DNA from: Fibrobacteria bacterium
GTDB lineage: Bacteria; Fibrobacterota; Fibrobacteria; UBA11236; JADFYW01
Direction: 5' to 3'
Assembly: GCA_050294405.1 (NCBI GenBank)
Contig: JBNKOC010000021.1
Location: forward strand, 18,335 to 82,334
Length of the DNA stretch: 64,000 nt
The notes beneath the pieces were generated by a model. That model ran no database searches. It was not told where the DNA came from and saw only the letters and a list, made by a program, of their open reading frames with translations. Positions 50,601 through 58,848 of this stretch are shown in pieces; positions within the stretch are counted from its first letter, which is position 1; each line of letters begins with the position of its first letter. The translations under genes were made by a program, and so were the position numbers.

Positions 50601-51675
50601 TAATTTGTCCCATGTATGTGGGCAGAAGTCCGTTTACTATGGAAAAGGGCCCTGCTTCTTCGGAATTAACGCCGCCATCTTCGTCTAAAACTTCTATTTT
50701 CAAATAATATTGACTGCCGGTGGAATAGCCGGAAAGATCCCATTCGTAAAAACCAGTTCGGTACTGTGCTTCTTCCGCTAAAATTTCAAAATCCTGAGTG
50801 GAATCGCTCTTAACATATATACGGGTTCGAAGTGCAGTTCCCTCAGGGTCTTCCTGTTCCCAAACAATATGGGCCAGGGAATCCAAAAAGGCGGTGTCCT
50901 CATAAGGTTCCAAAATTACAACGCTGGGAAGGGCGTTTCTATTGGGAATGGAAAGGGCAGCGTCTGAATATACGATGGAATCCGGCGCCCCCTCGCGATG
51001 CAGGACAACATAAACATAAAAGGAGCTTAACTTAGGCAATATGCCGATTTTCCATGGGATGTTCATGGTATCTGCCATACTTTGATTTAGAGCAATGGCT
51101 ACTCCATCTCCCCCATCCTTATTGCTATCATGGTAAACATCAAACCTATCGCTTGCGCTGTAACCCTTGGCGCTGAATTCCAGGTTAAAAATTGCGGAAT
51201 CGCTTTCATAGGGTTCCACAAGGCTCAATATTTCAAAGCCAAATTCCTGAAAGCCCTTGGTGGTATCATCATCGGACAGCAAAAAGCCCCCATCTATCCA
51301 GGCCTTTAGCATTTGAATTTCCAAAAGACTAATTTTCTGACCTTTTTCAGGCGGGGGCATGGAGCCATCAGCCACTCGGGCATACAAATCTCCACTCCAT
51401 TTTACCGCATCGTTAAAGCTGGTGTATTGGCTATTGGAGGGTGCGCCATTGCGAGGCGGATTTCCATGACAATCCAGGCACAGCTCTTGTAAAATAGGTT
51501 CAATGTCGTCTTTGTAACTTATTTTTTGGCCAGAGAGATCCACAGACACCGTGTACTCCGACTGACGGGTGCATTGAAACAAAAAAAGGGAAAAAACCCC
51601 GGTTAACCCAAGGAAAAACAACAACCTAAATTTTAGAAACGCGCTTTTCCGACGGGAAAAATGCTGTCGTAGCAT
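47698..51675 (-). CDS. pentaheme c-type cytochrome lipoprotein with alternating Ig-like domain pairs
   Basis: CxxCH at 51466-51480, 50566-50580, 49681-49695, 48799-48813 and 47890-47904, each followed by MPP and W..GG/SG/AG; LFQC lipobox-like. Confidence 0.9.
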   Translation of the reverse strand: MLRQHFSRRKSAFLKFRLLFFLGLTGVFSLFLFQCTRQSEYTVSVDLSGQKISYKDDIEPILQELCLDCHGNPPRNGAPSNSQYTSFNDAVKWSGDLYARVADGSMPPPEKGQKISLLEIQMLKAWIDGGFLLSDDDTTKGFQEFGFEILSLVEPYESDSAIFNLEFSAKGYSASDRFDVYHDSNKDGGDGVAIALNQSMADTMNIPWKIGILPKLSSFYVYVVLHREGAPDSIVYSDAALSIPNRNALPSVVILEPYEDTAFLDSLAHIVWEQEDPEGTALRTRIYVKSDSTQDFEILAEEAQYRTGFYEWDLSGYSTGSQYYLKIEVLDEDGGVNSEEAGPFSIVNGLLPTYMGQIKSIIEFRCNECHGSPADHDAPDSFNLLSYDSVVVWAERIKIRTVDEKSMPPEEEEPMAAEEIETLLLWIQGGMPEGEINLPPSLEFLAPLNSDTVFGELYTIKWQALDLDNDAKLSLYGYTLGAPEDSFLIAENLSEDNVNEFSFNIRQYPALTEIKIFASLFDGVNPKIWLEAPGTLVIPNRNAAPNVQLVAPKSYEGITDSSYVIGWMASDPEGDVLSFNLYYKTDSLSSLTLINNTELTGDSSFNWDISQFETGTEYRVYVEATDREGLSDWDSVTNVTLINGNIPTYFGNIKPIIAVKCNNCHGDPPDFDAPDSFNLLTYEAVVAQAENIMIRSIEERTMPPADDVDLTPEEREILTLWLQSGMIKGATNVPPSFSFSEPASAVVLAADSYNIRWSAEDLDNDASIDLFWTPLAGGDTVTIVAGLKEDSDSNYVFNSGAVPGGTVIKILARIQDYVNPELWVASKGTLETADRNTTPSLSFITSLAGELFANGSLTLEWNMNDPDGDALNVSIQLSTDSLTFTEIASLSDVSSYLWDLSSISFGLHYYLKIIVTDVPGGLSDTVTSSKFGIVHINGTAPTFYGTILPIFNDKCNSCHQSPFDNNAPETFDLSLYSKTANLNGSVEKGSQIQSNLIQDLMPPKGDPDLTASELEQIAMWLGAGMPEGQEGVSEAPSFSFITPSSAAQNVLNDNFIISWLAEDPDNDAVINLYYDTNNSGNNGSLIVSGLRENSDSSFNWNTSSLPSNMEYFIYSSISDGVNDTLWTYAPGSVFIPLRDNTKPSILISSPTAGQTFTDGSVAINWSAEDLDGDGINITLLAAQSDLNWTEIYNGANSGNYSWSTAGLSNGSDYRIRAVAMDDRGLSNEDTSDVFTIHSGNTDYRYTDNYIKPFFDKYCVGCHSGRAAPKRLKLDSYPNITAKPGNLDLIYLNTITDESMPPAKEIQPTAEERARLADWILGGAPQ

Positions 51676-51752
51676 AGACCAATTTTACGATCTCAATGTA
51701 AAAAAGGTTACAATTTTAATAAAACGACTGATTTTTGAGCTTTTTGAACAGC

Positions 51753-52013
51753 CTACATTTTGCTCATTTTAAGAGAAGCCTTCATTAATTCAGCGGCAGT
51801 GGCCTCTTTGGCGCCCAATTCTATAGCCTGCAAACGCTTGGGGATATTGATATTGTAAAAGGCAAAACCCGAAGAAGTGATTTCAAACCTGTCTTTTTTA
51901 ATGCCCAACTGCTTGGCAAAACCGTGAAGCTCTTTTAAAGAGCTGTCGCTAACCATATGTCCGGTAATATTTCCCTTCCCGTGATTCACAGGATTACTTA
52001 CTAATATGGCCAT
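51753..52013 (-). CDS. DUF4031-like protein
   Basis: HMVSDSSLKELHGFAKQLG...RLQAIELGA. Confidence 0.7.
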   Translation of the reverse strand: MAILVSNPVNHGKGNITGHMVSDSSLKELHGFAKQLGIKKDRFEITSSGFAFYNINIPKRLQAIELGAKEATAAELMKASLKMSKM

Positions 52014-52225
52014 TTGGTTCCCCTTGTTTTAATGCAGTGTTCGAGTCTGGTGCAGAATTTAAAGCGACTCAATTTGAACTTTTGAAATTTGCATATTTTT
52101 CCCGGAAATTCCAAAAAATGAGAGCTAAATTACCCCCAATTTGGAATTTTTTTAAGAGAAAAGGGGTGGTCTTTGAAAAAAAAAACTCGGAGCCCGGTTC
52201 TTGCGAAATTTATCGCTAAAAAAAC

Positions 52226-54061
52226 TCAAGCCCTGTAATTTTTCTCCACCCAGCTTTCAAAATCTGCAAACATATGGGCGTAGGATATTGTATTGTCTGC
52301 AATACTCTGCTCGCCATGCACTATTTTTATACCGGCATCAATATCCAGCTCCTGATTTTTATCTTCCTCCCCAATGTTATTGAGCCCAGGCAACTCCATT
52401 CGTTTTTTAGCCAACTCCAAAAGTTCATCGGAAGTTTTAGTGCAATGTTCCGCTAAATACTTTCCAGAAAACCCTTCTCCCGTCAGGGATTGCAGTGTTT
52501 CATGATGGGCCACGCTATTCCCAGGCCCCCAATAATGTTTTGCAAGCTCAGGTCCGATGTTAGGATTGTCAACGATGTATCCTTCTTTCTTCAAAAAATA
52601 ATCTTTGGTTTGATAAACGGCCATATGGGCCAGCAAATAGCCGTGATAGCAACATGCCGAATCGCCCCCTAATAAATGGGGAATAGTTAATATGGGCCGG
52701 GGGCTTTCCAGGCCCACAATATTTTTTTCCACCTTGCGGGCTATTTCCAAAACCCTTTCCGGAGTTAAATTTTCTTCGTCCATTTCATAAAGGATTCTTT
52801 CAAAATAAGGCACTACCATAATAGAGCGTTCCGCATAACTGGCATAGGGTTGTTTGGCTTCAATTAATTCGGCTACCAGTTCCTCTGGAATAGTTTCACC
52901 CTCCAGAGATTGGGCATAACGAAAAAGCCAATCAGGGTCCATTAGCAAAGAATCAAAGAACATGGACTGGGTTTCTGCATAGGCCATGGAAGTGGGAGGA
53001 AACTCATGGCTAAAACAGGGTGAGGGCATCACAATATTGGAAAAATGGGCCGCGTGGCCTCCCTCGTGAAACAAAGTATTAAGTCCGCTAAACCCACTGC
53101 CAACCTGATTGGGGTTGGCATTGGAAGTAAAATTTATTTTTGCCGGCACCCAGGAATCCTTATCCATATAACAGGGAACAGGACCGTGCATAAAGCCGTT
53201 TTCATATTTGCCTTTTCTATCGAACAAATCCAGAGTCAAATCGGCCCCGCGATAACGCACTCCCATGCGGTGGAAGCTGCGCACCCATCTCTCCAGAGAT
53301 TTTTCAAAGGGCATGTATTTATCCAGTTTTTTTTCCACTTCCCCGCCAATGCTAAAGCGAAGGTTATAGGGTTTTAAAGCATCGTTGCCAAGTCGGGTGG
53401 CCAGGTTTTCCCAGCCTTTTCGCAAATTGTCTTCTGTTAAGTTTTTAAACTCGTCCAGAATTTTAAAAAGCGCTCCAGTGCCCATTCTCTCGTTCTTATC
53501 TACCGAGTAATCGAAATAATTTTCATAGCCTAATTCTCGGGCGAATTTGTTTCGAAGTTTTACCAAATCCAAAAAGCCGCTATGCACCACCCATTTTTCC
53601 AACTCCCTTAAGGCTTCAAAAGAGCTTTTGCGCACTTCTTCTTTTTCGTTAGCCACCAGGTTGGTCGCCAAAACCAAAGTGCTGGCGGAAACCGTTTCGC
53701 CTTTTTCATTTAGGTATTTTAAGTCCACGTCTTTTCTTTTGGAAAAAATATCCCCTTCTACCTTAATTAATTCTTCCTGAATTCTTCTGGCTTCCTCATT
53801 GTCTATGCTGTGGCAGGAAAAAAAGCGCTTCCAACCCTCAAGACTTTCTTTGTCTTCTTCTCTGCTGAGGGATTCTATTTTTTCGATTTCCTGAAGTTGG
53901 CTGGGGTTGCTAACAAAGGCTTTATAGTCCTTTTCGGCTTGCTTGAATTTATCATGGTCAGAATTAGTACCCATGTAAGTGGTCCAGAACAAATCCTCTT
54001 TTTCCCGGTGAAGCTTCAAATACTTTTCATTCAGATTTTCTAGATAATTAGCTGGGTTCAA
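52226..54061 (-). CDS. M3-family metallopeptidase
   Basis: LFHEGGHAAH (HExxH), AETQSM; start re-assigned to TTG 54061 behind AAAGGAG. Confidence 0.88.
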   Translation of the reverse strand: MNPANYLENLNEKYLKLHREKEDLFWTTYMGTNSDHDKFKQAEKDYKAFVSNPSQLQEIEKIESLSREEDKESLEGWKRFFSCHSIDNEEARRIQEELIKVEGDIFSKRKDVDLKYLNEKGETVSASTLVLATNLVANEKEEVRKSSFEALRELEKWVVHSGFLDLVKLRNKFARELGYENYFDYSVDKNERMGTGALFKILDEFKNLTEDNLRKGWENLATRLGNDALKPYNLRFSIGGEVEKKLDKYMPFEKSLERWVRSFHRMGVRYRGADLTLDLFDRKGKYENGFMHGPVPCYMDKDSWVPAKINFTSNANPNQVGSGFSGLNTLFHEGGHAAHFSNIVMPSPCFSHEFPPTSMAYAETQSMFFDSLLMDPDWLFRYAQSLEGETIPEELVAELIEAKQPYASYAERSIMVVPYFERILYEMDEENLTPERVLEIARKVEKNIVGLESPRPILTIPHLLGGDSACCYHGYLLAHMAVYQTKDYFLKKEGYIVDNPNIGPELAKHYWGPGNSVAHHETLQSLTGEGFSGKYLAEHCTKTSDELLELAKKRMELPGLNNIGEEDKNQELDIDAGIKIVHGEQSIADNTISYAHMFADFESWVEKNYRA

Positions 54062-54301
54062 TTGGACTCCTTTTGCGGGGAAAAATCCCGCAATAAAAAT
54101 ATCGCTAAAAAATTCAGGCTTTTTATTAATACTTAGGATTTTAAGGCCGGATTGGCCAAAAAACCACACATAATTGGTAAAATTCCGTTCTCAAAAATCT
54201 TTAAAAGCCAAACAAACACATTCCTGTTACAAAATTGTGACAAACCAGGCAAGCCTTCGCGCTAATATAAGGTCATGGTTCACAATTAGGGATGATAGAA
54301 T

Positions 54302-55159
54302 ATGCGAGCAAAATCAAATTTTTCATGGGAAGACTCCAAACTGTACTACCAGTACATTAATGACATTAATAAATATCCACTGCTGACAAAGTCAGAAGAA
54401 AAAGAATTACTGCGCCGGATTCAAAATAACGATGACCGTGCGGTAAATCGCCTGGTTTGCAGCAACTTAAAATTCGTAATCAATGTGGCCTTTATGTACA
54501 AAGGACAGGGATTTACCCTCCCCGAATTAATTAACGAAGGAAATATTGGTTTAATCGAAGCGGCCCGCCGTTTTGATTTAAACAAAAATATCCGCTTTAT
54601 TTCTTACGCTGTATGGTGGATTCGTCAGGCTATTACCAGAGCTATTGCCGAAAAAGCCAGAATGGTGCGTATTTCCGCCGAAAAAGAGCTGGTTTTGCGC
54701 CGGGTCAACAAACACGTTTCCAAAATGAAATACGTTTCCGGTGGAGGCCTTCAGATTGATGCCGAAGATTTGGGCAAAAGAATGGGTTATTCCCGGGAAA
54801 AAATGGAAAAAATTCTGGAAATGGGCCAATACCACACTTCTTTGGACACCCCTCTCGATGGCGAATCTGGAAGCAGCTTAATGGATATGATGACCAATTC
54901 CGAAGACGAATCCACAGATAAGTCTTCCATTGAAAAATCCAGAAACGAGCTTTTAGCCGAAAAACTAAGCGCTCTTTCTCCCCAAGAGCAAAAAGTTTTG
55001 AAAATGTATTACGGCATCAATATTTCAAAAGGCCTTAGCCTGGAAGATATCGGAGAACTTATTGGATTATCCAAAGAAAGAGTTCGCCAGATAAAAGAAA
55101 AGGGCCTTGCTAATCTGAGAAAGTTTGAACTGCCTCAGGAAATGTTATTGGCTGCCTAA
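54302..55159 (+). CDS. RNA polymerase sigma-70 factor, RpoD/SigA family lacking region 1.1
   Basis: YPLLT..EE, NLKFVINVA, LINEGNIGLIEAA.RFD, FISYAVWWIRQAI, LSKERVRQI. Confidence 0.93.
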   Translation: MRAKSNFSWEDSKLYYQYINDINKYPLLTKSEEKELLRRIQNNDDRAVNRLVCSNLKFVINVAFMYKGQGFTLPELINEGNIGLIEAARRFDLNKNIRFISYAVWWIRQAITRAIAEKARMVRISAEKELVLRRVNKHVSKMKYVSGGGLQIDAEDLGKRMGYSREKMEKILEMGQYHTSLDTPLDGESGSSLMDMMTNSEDESTDKSSIEKSRNELLAEKLSALSPQEQKVLKMYYGINISKGLSLEDIGELIGLSKERVRQIKEKGLANLRKFELPQEMLLAA

Positions 55160-55185
55160 AGTTTATCTCTTACCTCCCCTGAACT

Positions 55186-55222
55186 GAAAAAAAGCCGGTG
55201 CGCCAACATCGGCTTTTTTTTC
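55186..55222. terminator. bidirectional intrinsic terminator
   Basis: gaaaaaaagccggtg-cgccaa-catcggcttttttttc between convergent genes. Confidence 0.75.
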
Positions 55223-55258
55223 GTCTATTTTGGAAGGTTTTTATGAATAAGGGGAGCT

Positions 55259-55897
55259 CTAAATAGCTAGATAAGTGGCCAACCCCACTCCGCCCAATAC
55301 GCCAACACCCAGTAACATATATAACCACCAGGGAGAAGAAGATTCTTTTTTCTCAAGTCGATTGCGAATTTGATCGCTCCAGGCAAAATACAGCGTAAGC
55401 ACATCAAATTCATCGGGCTCCAGGTTATACTCAAAAGGATAGTCCGTATATAATGTGACCCGCACCAAATCTCTCATATCCGGTTCAAAGCCTTCCACTC
55501 CTTCATTAAGATTTACGTGGAGCTCCTCAAACTTACTGCCTGTAATAGGGTCTTCCACAATGGAGTCTAAAATGCTGGCTCCTAAATAGGTGTCGTAAAA
55601 ATCAAGTATTAGAGCATTTTTGGTGGAATCGTAATAGCTAAAATAGGTTGATCCGTAATAGGGAAGTTCAGAAAAAATAAAGAGCATTTTAACTTCTTTA
55701 AATTCCGTCTCATCGTTGGTTTCCAGAAAAATACCCTCGAACCTGCCGGAAGTAGCTTCCACATTACTTTGTTTAGAAACCGCATCATAGTATTCGTCTG
55801 TTTCCCGGGGATCTTCCCAGTCCTCCTCATCGTCTCCCCAGGATAGAGTAAAAACCAAAAAAATGCTAAAAATCCAATACTTCATGGGTAGAATCAA
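55259..55897 (-). CDS. exported acidic protein with C-terminal membrane anchor (possible AMIN-like domain)
   Basis: Signal peptide, LILDFYDT...VRVTL...LTLYF, terminal PWWLYMLLGVGVLGG TM. Confidence 0.55.
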   Translation of the reverse strand: MILPMKYWIFSIFLVFTLSWGDDEEDWEDPRETDEYYDAVSKQSNVEATSGRFEGIFLETNDETEFKEVKMLFIFSELPYYGSTYFSYYDSTKNALILDFYDTYLGASILDSIVEDPITGSKFEELHVNLNEGVEGFEPDMRDLVRVTLYTDYPFEYNLEPDEFDVLTLYFAWSDQIRNRLEKKESSSPWWLYMLLGVGVLGGVGLATYLAI

Positions 55898-56080
55898 AAA
55901 AGTGTTATTCCTCTGTTTTGTAATAAAACAGTATTTCCTGTCATTTTACCAAAAAGATTGATATTAAAACAGGTCTTTAACCTAAAAAATCTCAAGGAGC
56001 TTAAATTAGGCATTTTAGAGCTGTAAATTTTTGGCACCTCAATTGCAAAAGGAATTATAGAAACAATGGGAGGTGGTATT

Positions 56081-56215
56081 ATGTACATCGGATACAAAAC
56101 AAAATTGTCTGAAAGGCCCAAAAGAAAAACCGTTATCGGGGCAGATGATATCATGAATTTAAGAATTGCCCTGGAAACATCACGCAGCCTGGAAGAGTTT
56201 TTAGCTAAGGTCTAA
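56081..56215 (+). CDS. small hypothetical protein (44 aa), not in the ORF track
   Basis: GGAGGT at 56069-56074; MYIGYKTKLSERPKRKTVIGADDIMNLRIALETSRSLEEFLAKV*. Confidence 0.6.
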   Translation: MYIGYKTKLSERPKRKTVIGADDIMNLRIALETSRSLEEFLAKV

Positions 56216-56753
56216 ACAAAGGGTTTTTGTTTATAAGCTGATTCAAATAGCCGTATTCCACAGCATGAGGAACGCATTGGCTGGCCGGTTCAGAAATAAA
56301 CTTCTCCCATTGCTTAAGAGATACCAGCTTAATGTCTTCCACCTCTTCACTTGGGCCGTTAAAGTTAAAATCGGGAATATGGAGCAGAAATAACTCTGCC
56401 CATTCCCTGTCTAAATAAGCGCCGTCTTTGAGCTCCACTTCATGCGGGACTTTGCCCAGATAAATCAGGGCTTCGGGGTCAACCACTAAGCCCAGTTCCT
56501 CATTAACTTCTCTACTGGCGGCCTTCATTGAACTCTCGCCATGACGTATATGGCCTGCTGCAGATACATCCCAGTGCAAAGGAAAGTTATCTTTTTTCCT
56601 GGAACGCAACTGAAAAACCATATGTTGGTAACCCACACATATCCATACATGGGAGGTGGCGTGCCATATTCCCTCCCTATGCACTTTTTCATATTCACAT
56701 ACATCCGGTAAAAATTCACCATGCGGACTCACAACTTGTACATTTTCGGACAA
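56205..56753 (-). CDS. NUDIX hydrolase (IDI-1-like subfamily)
   Basis: VHREGIWH, QLRS..K..FP..WDVSAAGH, GE...AASREVNEELG. Confidence 0.88.
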   Translation of the reverse strand: MSENVQVVSPHGEFLPDVCEYEKVHREGIWHATSHVWICVGYQHMVFQLRSRKKDNFPLHWDVSAAGHIRHGESSMKAASREVNEELGLVVDPEALIYLGKVPHEVELKDGAYLDREWAELFLLHIPDFNFNGPSEEVEDIKLVSLKQWEKFISEPASQCVPHAVEYGYLNQLINKNPLFRP

Positions 56754-56966
56754 AGCAAATTCTCCTTTTTTTAACCTTACATTCTCCTCTTAAAATCAAT
56801 AAAAAAAGGCCTTGAGAGGGAGATAAAATTTGCGTCCCAAAATCTTTGTCAAAATTTTTACAAAAAAAAATGAACACTTTTGGCCAAAAAAAGCCGATAG
56901 TAAAAACAGGCGCCTTAATTTTTACAAATAACTCAAATTCGAAACAAAAAATCTTTGCGATTAAGG

Positions 56967-56995
56967 TCGACCTGTGAAAAATGCAATGATATAAT
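56967..56995 (+). promoter_or_regulatory. sigma-70 promoter with extended -10
   Basis: TCGACC-17 nt-TATAAT with TG at 56987-56988. Confidence 0.5.
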
Positions 56996-57024
56996 TTTAA
57001 TAGAGCTAAGGACTGGGAGGCATT

Positions 57025-57375
57025 ATGAAAGCAAGTCTGGTGATAAGCATCATAGCGCTGCTGGCGGGCGCCGCATTCGCAAAAAAAGGCATGAAAATAA
57101 AATTCGACGACGTTCCACTTTATGGCACTAAAGAGGGCAGCCATATATTGGGAATTCTTTCCGAAGGTGAAAAAATTTATTTGCTGGAGATGGGAGATGT
57201 GCGTTCGAAAATTCAGACTCGCATAGGAGTCACCGGATGGGTAGACAATAATTCCACCGAATTTGCCGAAATTGAAAAAGGCACCGATTACAATTTAGAA
57301 CAAACCGAAACAGTCCTTTTAGATTTGGAATTGAAACAGGAAGAGGATTTTCTGCTAACAGCCTGTGCTGAATAG
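57025..57375 (+). CDS. secreted bacterial SH3-like protein
   Basis: GGAGG RBS, signal peptide, ILGILSEGEKI...GVTGWV. Confidence 0.65.
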   Translation: MKASLVISIIALLAGAAFAKKGMKIKFDDVPLYGTKEGSHILGILSEGEKIYLLEMGDVRSKIQTRIGVTGWVDNNSTEFAEIEKGTDYNLEQTETVLLDLELKQEEDFLLTACAE

Positions 57376-57484
57376 CAAAAATTGCAGAATTGTCGCTAAT
57401 TTTTTGAAAAAATAAGCTGACTTTTTCGCTTTCCTCTTTATATTAAAATCACGAGGGTTTTGGACATTTAGCAGAGGGTCCTTT

Positions 57485-57790
57485 ATGAAGTTAGTTATTG
57501 CAGTATTTGCCGTTTTAATGGCTGTGGGTAGCATTTTTGCAGATGACAGAGCAAAAATTCAAGGAAAAGAAACTATCATGTATAAAAATCAAGATGGGGC
57601 CAAAGTAAAGGGCATTCTTAGCGACGGGGAAACCGTTACCATTTTGTCCCGCGACAAAGATAGAAGTTGGGTAAAAAACTATTTCGGCGCTAAAGGCTGG
57701 GTTTCCAACGAAAATTTAATGTTGGCCAAGTTTGAAAGTTTCGAAAAAGAAGTAAAAGTGGTTAAAAACGACCAACCTTCCGACAAGTAA
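57485..57790 (+). CDS. secreted bacterial SH3-like protein (paralogue of upstream gene)
   Basis: Signal peptide, VKGILSDGETV...GAKGWVS. Confidence 0.65.
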   Translation: MKLVIAVFAVLMAVGSIFADDRAKIQGKETIMYKNQDGAKVKGILSDGETVTILSRDKDRSWVKNYFGAKGWVSNENLMLAKFESFEKEVKVVKNDQPSDK

Positions 57791-57806
57791 TTTTTTTTTC
57801 TCCATT

Positions 57807-57841
57807 AAAAGGCCCGGCTAATTTAGCCGGGCCTTTTTTTT
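57807..57841 (+). terminator. intrinsic terminator
   Basis: aaaaggcccggctaa-t-ttagccgggcc followed by a T run. Confidence 0.85.
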
Positions 57842-57901
57842 GTTTCTCAAGAACACACGGACGCTAGCTGGTCCATTTTCCAATAGCTATATTCCCAAAC
57901 C

Positions 57902-58801
57902 GTGAACAAGGATACTTACACCTGTTTGGAACTGAGCCAAAACTCCGAGGCTATACTCAGCGACAACCACAGGGAAATACTCGATTTTTGGGCCTTTGAA
58001 TATGGGGCTGAAGGTATCGAAGAAGAGAACGAATCTTTTCCTTTAAAAATTTATTTTCCCGATGCCCAAGCCGCCCAGAACTTTTTAGACTGGCTTCAGG
58101 CTGAGATGCCCCAGGTTAATTGGGCGCAACTGGATTTGCAAAATCTCAAGTGGCAAGAGCAATGGAAAGAGTTTTTATCCCCTATCCTATTGGAAGATAA
58201 AATTTGGATATATCCCGCTAGCGAAAAGCAGCCAGAAAAAAAAGCAAAAGACCAGATAACATTGGAGCCGGATTTGGTTTTTGGGTCGGGCCATCACCCT
58301 ACTACCCGGCTTGTGGCAAAGGCCCTTTTAAAAATGGAGCCTTTAAATGGCAAAAAAATTTTGGATGTGGGTTGCGGCACGGGCATTTTAAGTTTTGTGG
58401 CCAAGCATGAACAGGCCGAATTTTGCCTGGGTTTTGATATTGACGGGGCCGCTCAAAAAAATCTGGTTCGAAACATGCAATACAACTCACATATTGCCAA
58501 ACCGCACTTTTTTGTTGGAGAAATTAGCGCATTGAAGGCAAAAGAAATTTTTGATGTTTGTATGGTTAACATGATAAGAAGGGATTCTTTCGGGCTACTT
58601 TCCCATGTTTATCGCGCAAGCGCCAGGTCGGGGAAACTGATTTTATCGGGCTTTCTAAAAGAAGAAAATAGGCTTGGCATAGAACATTGCCAAAACCTGG
58701 GCTATGAATTTACCCAAGATTATATTCTGGAGGATTGGTGGTGCGGGGTTTTTACTAAAAACAAAGCCCACTTCAAGCCCCAAGATTCAGGTATAAAATA
58801 A
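57902..58801 (+). CDS. prmA: ribosomal protein L11 methyltransferase
   Basis: WQEQWKEF, LEPDLVFGSGHHPTT, LDVGCGTGILS, LILSG. Confidence 0.85.
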   Translation: MNKDTYTCLELSQNSEAILSDNHREILDFWAFEYGAEGIEEENESFPLKIYFPDAQAAQNFLDWLQAEMPQVNWAQLDLQNLKWQEQWKEFLSPILLEDKIWIYPASEKQPEKKAKDQITLEPDLVFGSGHHPTTRLVAKALLKMEPLNGKKILDVGCGTGILSFVAKHEQAEFCLGFDIDGAAQKNLVRNMQYNSHIAKPHFFVGEISALKAKEIFDVCMVNMIRRDSFGLLSHVYRASARSGKLILSGFLKEENRLGIEHCQNLGYEFTQDYILEDWWCGVFTKNKAHFKPQDSGIK

Positions 58802-58848
58802 ATTATTAGGTCTAAGCGGCTTATATTTTATCTTATAGATAGGGAAAT

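Noticed and set aside
56956..56971. Possible CRP box TGCGA-ttaagg-TCGAC before the SH3 genes
   Set aside because: Four mismatches and non-canonical spacing relative to the promoter
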